A stretch of 64,000 nt of DNA, from positions 22,258,001 to 22,322,000 of the forward strand of contig NC_043022.1 of the NCBI RefSeq assembly GCF_006345805.1. Direction: 5' to 3'. This DNA is from Octopus sinensis. Taxonomy: Eukaryota. Under the pieces are notes generated by a model that saw only the letters and a program-made list of their open reading frames with translations, was not told the DNA's origin and ran no database searches. Below, piece after piece: positions 63,148 through 64,000 of this stretch; position 1 is the first letter of the stretch; each line of letters opens with the position of its first letter. The translations under genes were made by a program, and so were the position numbers.

Positions 63148-64000
63148 GTGAGTCACTTCATATTGTTGTTGTTGTTGTTGTTTTACTCCAAGTCAGTCTT
63201 TCACTCACAAGAACGCTGTCTTTGCTTTAGGAATATTCTTTTACTTGTTTCAGTCTTTGGACTGTCACCATGGTAGGGCACCCACCTTGAAGGGTTTATT
63301 TGAACAAACTGACCCAGTTTAGTACTTTATTTGATTGTTCATTGTTGCCAAACCACTAAGTTACAGGTACATAAACGAATGTGATGCTGGTTGCCAAGCT
63401 GGTTGCCAAGAATGTGATGCTGGTGGAGACAAACGCAAAGACACATACACATATCATCATCGTCATCGTCGTTTAACGTCCGCTTTCTATGCTAGCATGG
63501 TTTGGACGGTTTGACTGTGGGCTGGCGAACGAGATGGCTGCACCAAGCTTCAGTCTTGATCTGGCAGAGTTTCTACAGCTGGATGCCCTTCCTAACGCCA
63601 ACCACTCCGAGAGTGTAGTGGGTGCTTTTACGTGTCACCGGCACGGGGACCAGTCAGGCGGTACTGGCAACGACCTCGCTCGAATTTTTACACATATATA
63701 TACATCAATTACGTCTGTTAAAGATTTTATTATATTTACAGTCCTTTGAATGTTTCATGGAATTAATAGTAAACCTGCAGCGTTATTCCTGTAAACTTTA
63801 TCCAAAAAAACTGAAAGCGTAGCCTGTGTTATATCTGTATCAAAAGATAGTTACTTGTCTGCTATTCATAAAAAAGTAATGGAAATTGGAATAAAATGAT
63901 TACTTAATGAACCATATATATATATATTGGGTCGTCCGGAAAATTCATGCCGATTTATTGTAGCTTACATTTCGACTTATTTTAGAACATAGTTGAGTTC

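Overview
AT-rich, repeat-dense eukaryotic genomic DNA, most likely from an octopod cephalopod (inferred from the tRNA-derived SINE families and microsatellite load, not from a database search). Three spliced protein-coding genes can be rebuilt by hand with frame-consistent GT-AG junctions. (1) STN1/OBFC1, the CST telomere complex subunit, on the + strand: 9 coding exons at 3393-15998, 344 aa, with one intron carrying U12 minor-spliceosome signals. (2) A - strand gene with at least 12 exons at 43406-18685, about 714 aa from the ATG at 43366, encoding zf-CW + PWWP + ARID domains (ZCWPW-like with an added ARID domain). (3) The first 4 coding exons of a secreted C16orf89/UPF0764-like gene on the + strand, 58459-63147, apparently continuing beyond the window. 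The rest is mostly mobile DNA: at least five SINE types (some as tandem multimers), CR1/L2, RTE, Penelope, R4-like and Gypsy fragments, Merlin-type MITEs with 8-bp TSDs plus a Merlin transposase relic split by a LINE, piggyBac and Tc1/mariner elements, Helitron relics and several minisatellites. The most notable observations are a structurally complete type I hammerhead ribozyme motif with a compensatory U3-A8 core (6989-7031, - strand), the CW-PWWP-ARID architecture, and the U12-type intron. All protein family calls come from recalled motifs. Repeat boundaries are approximate.
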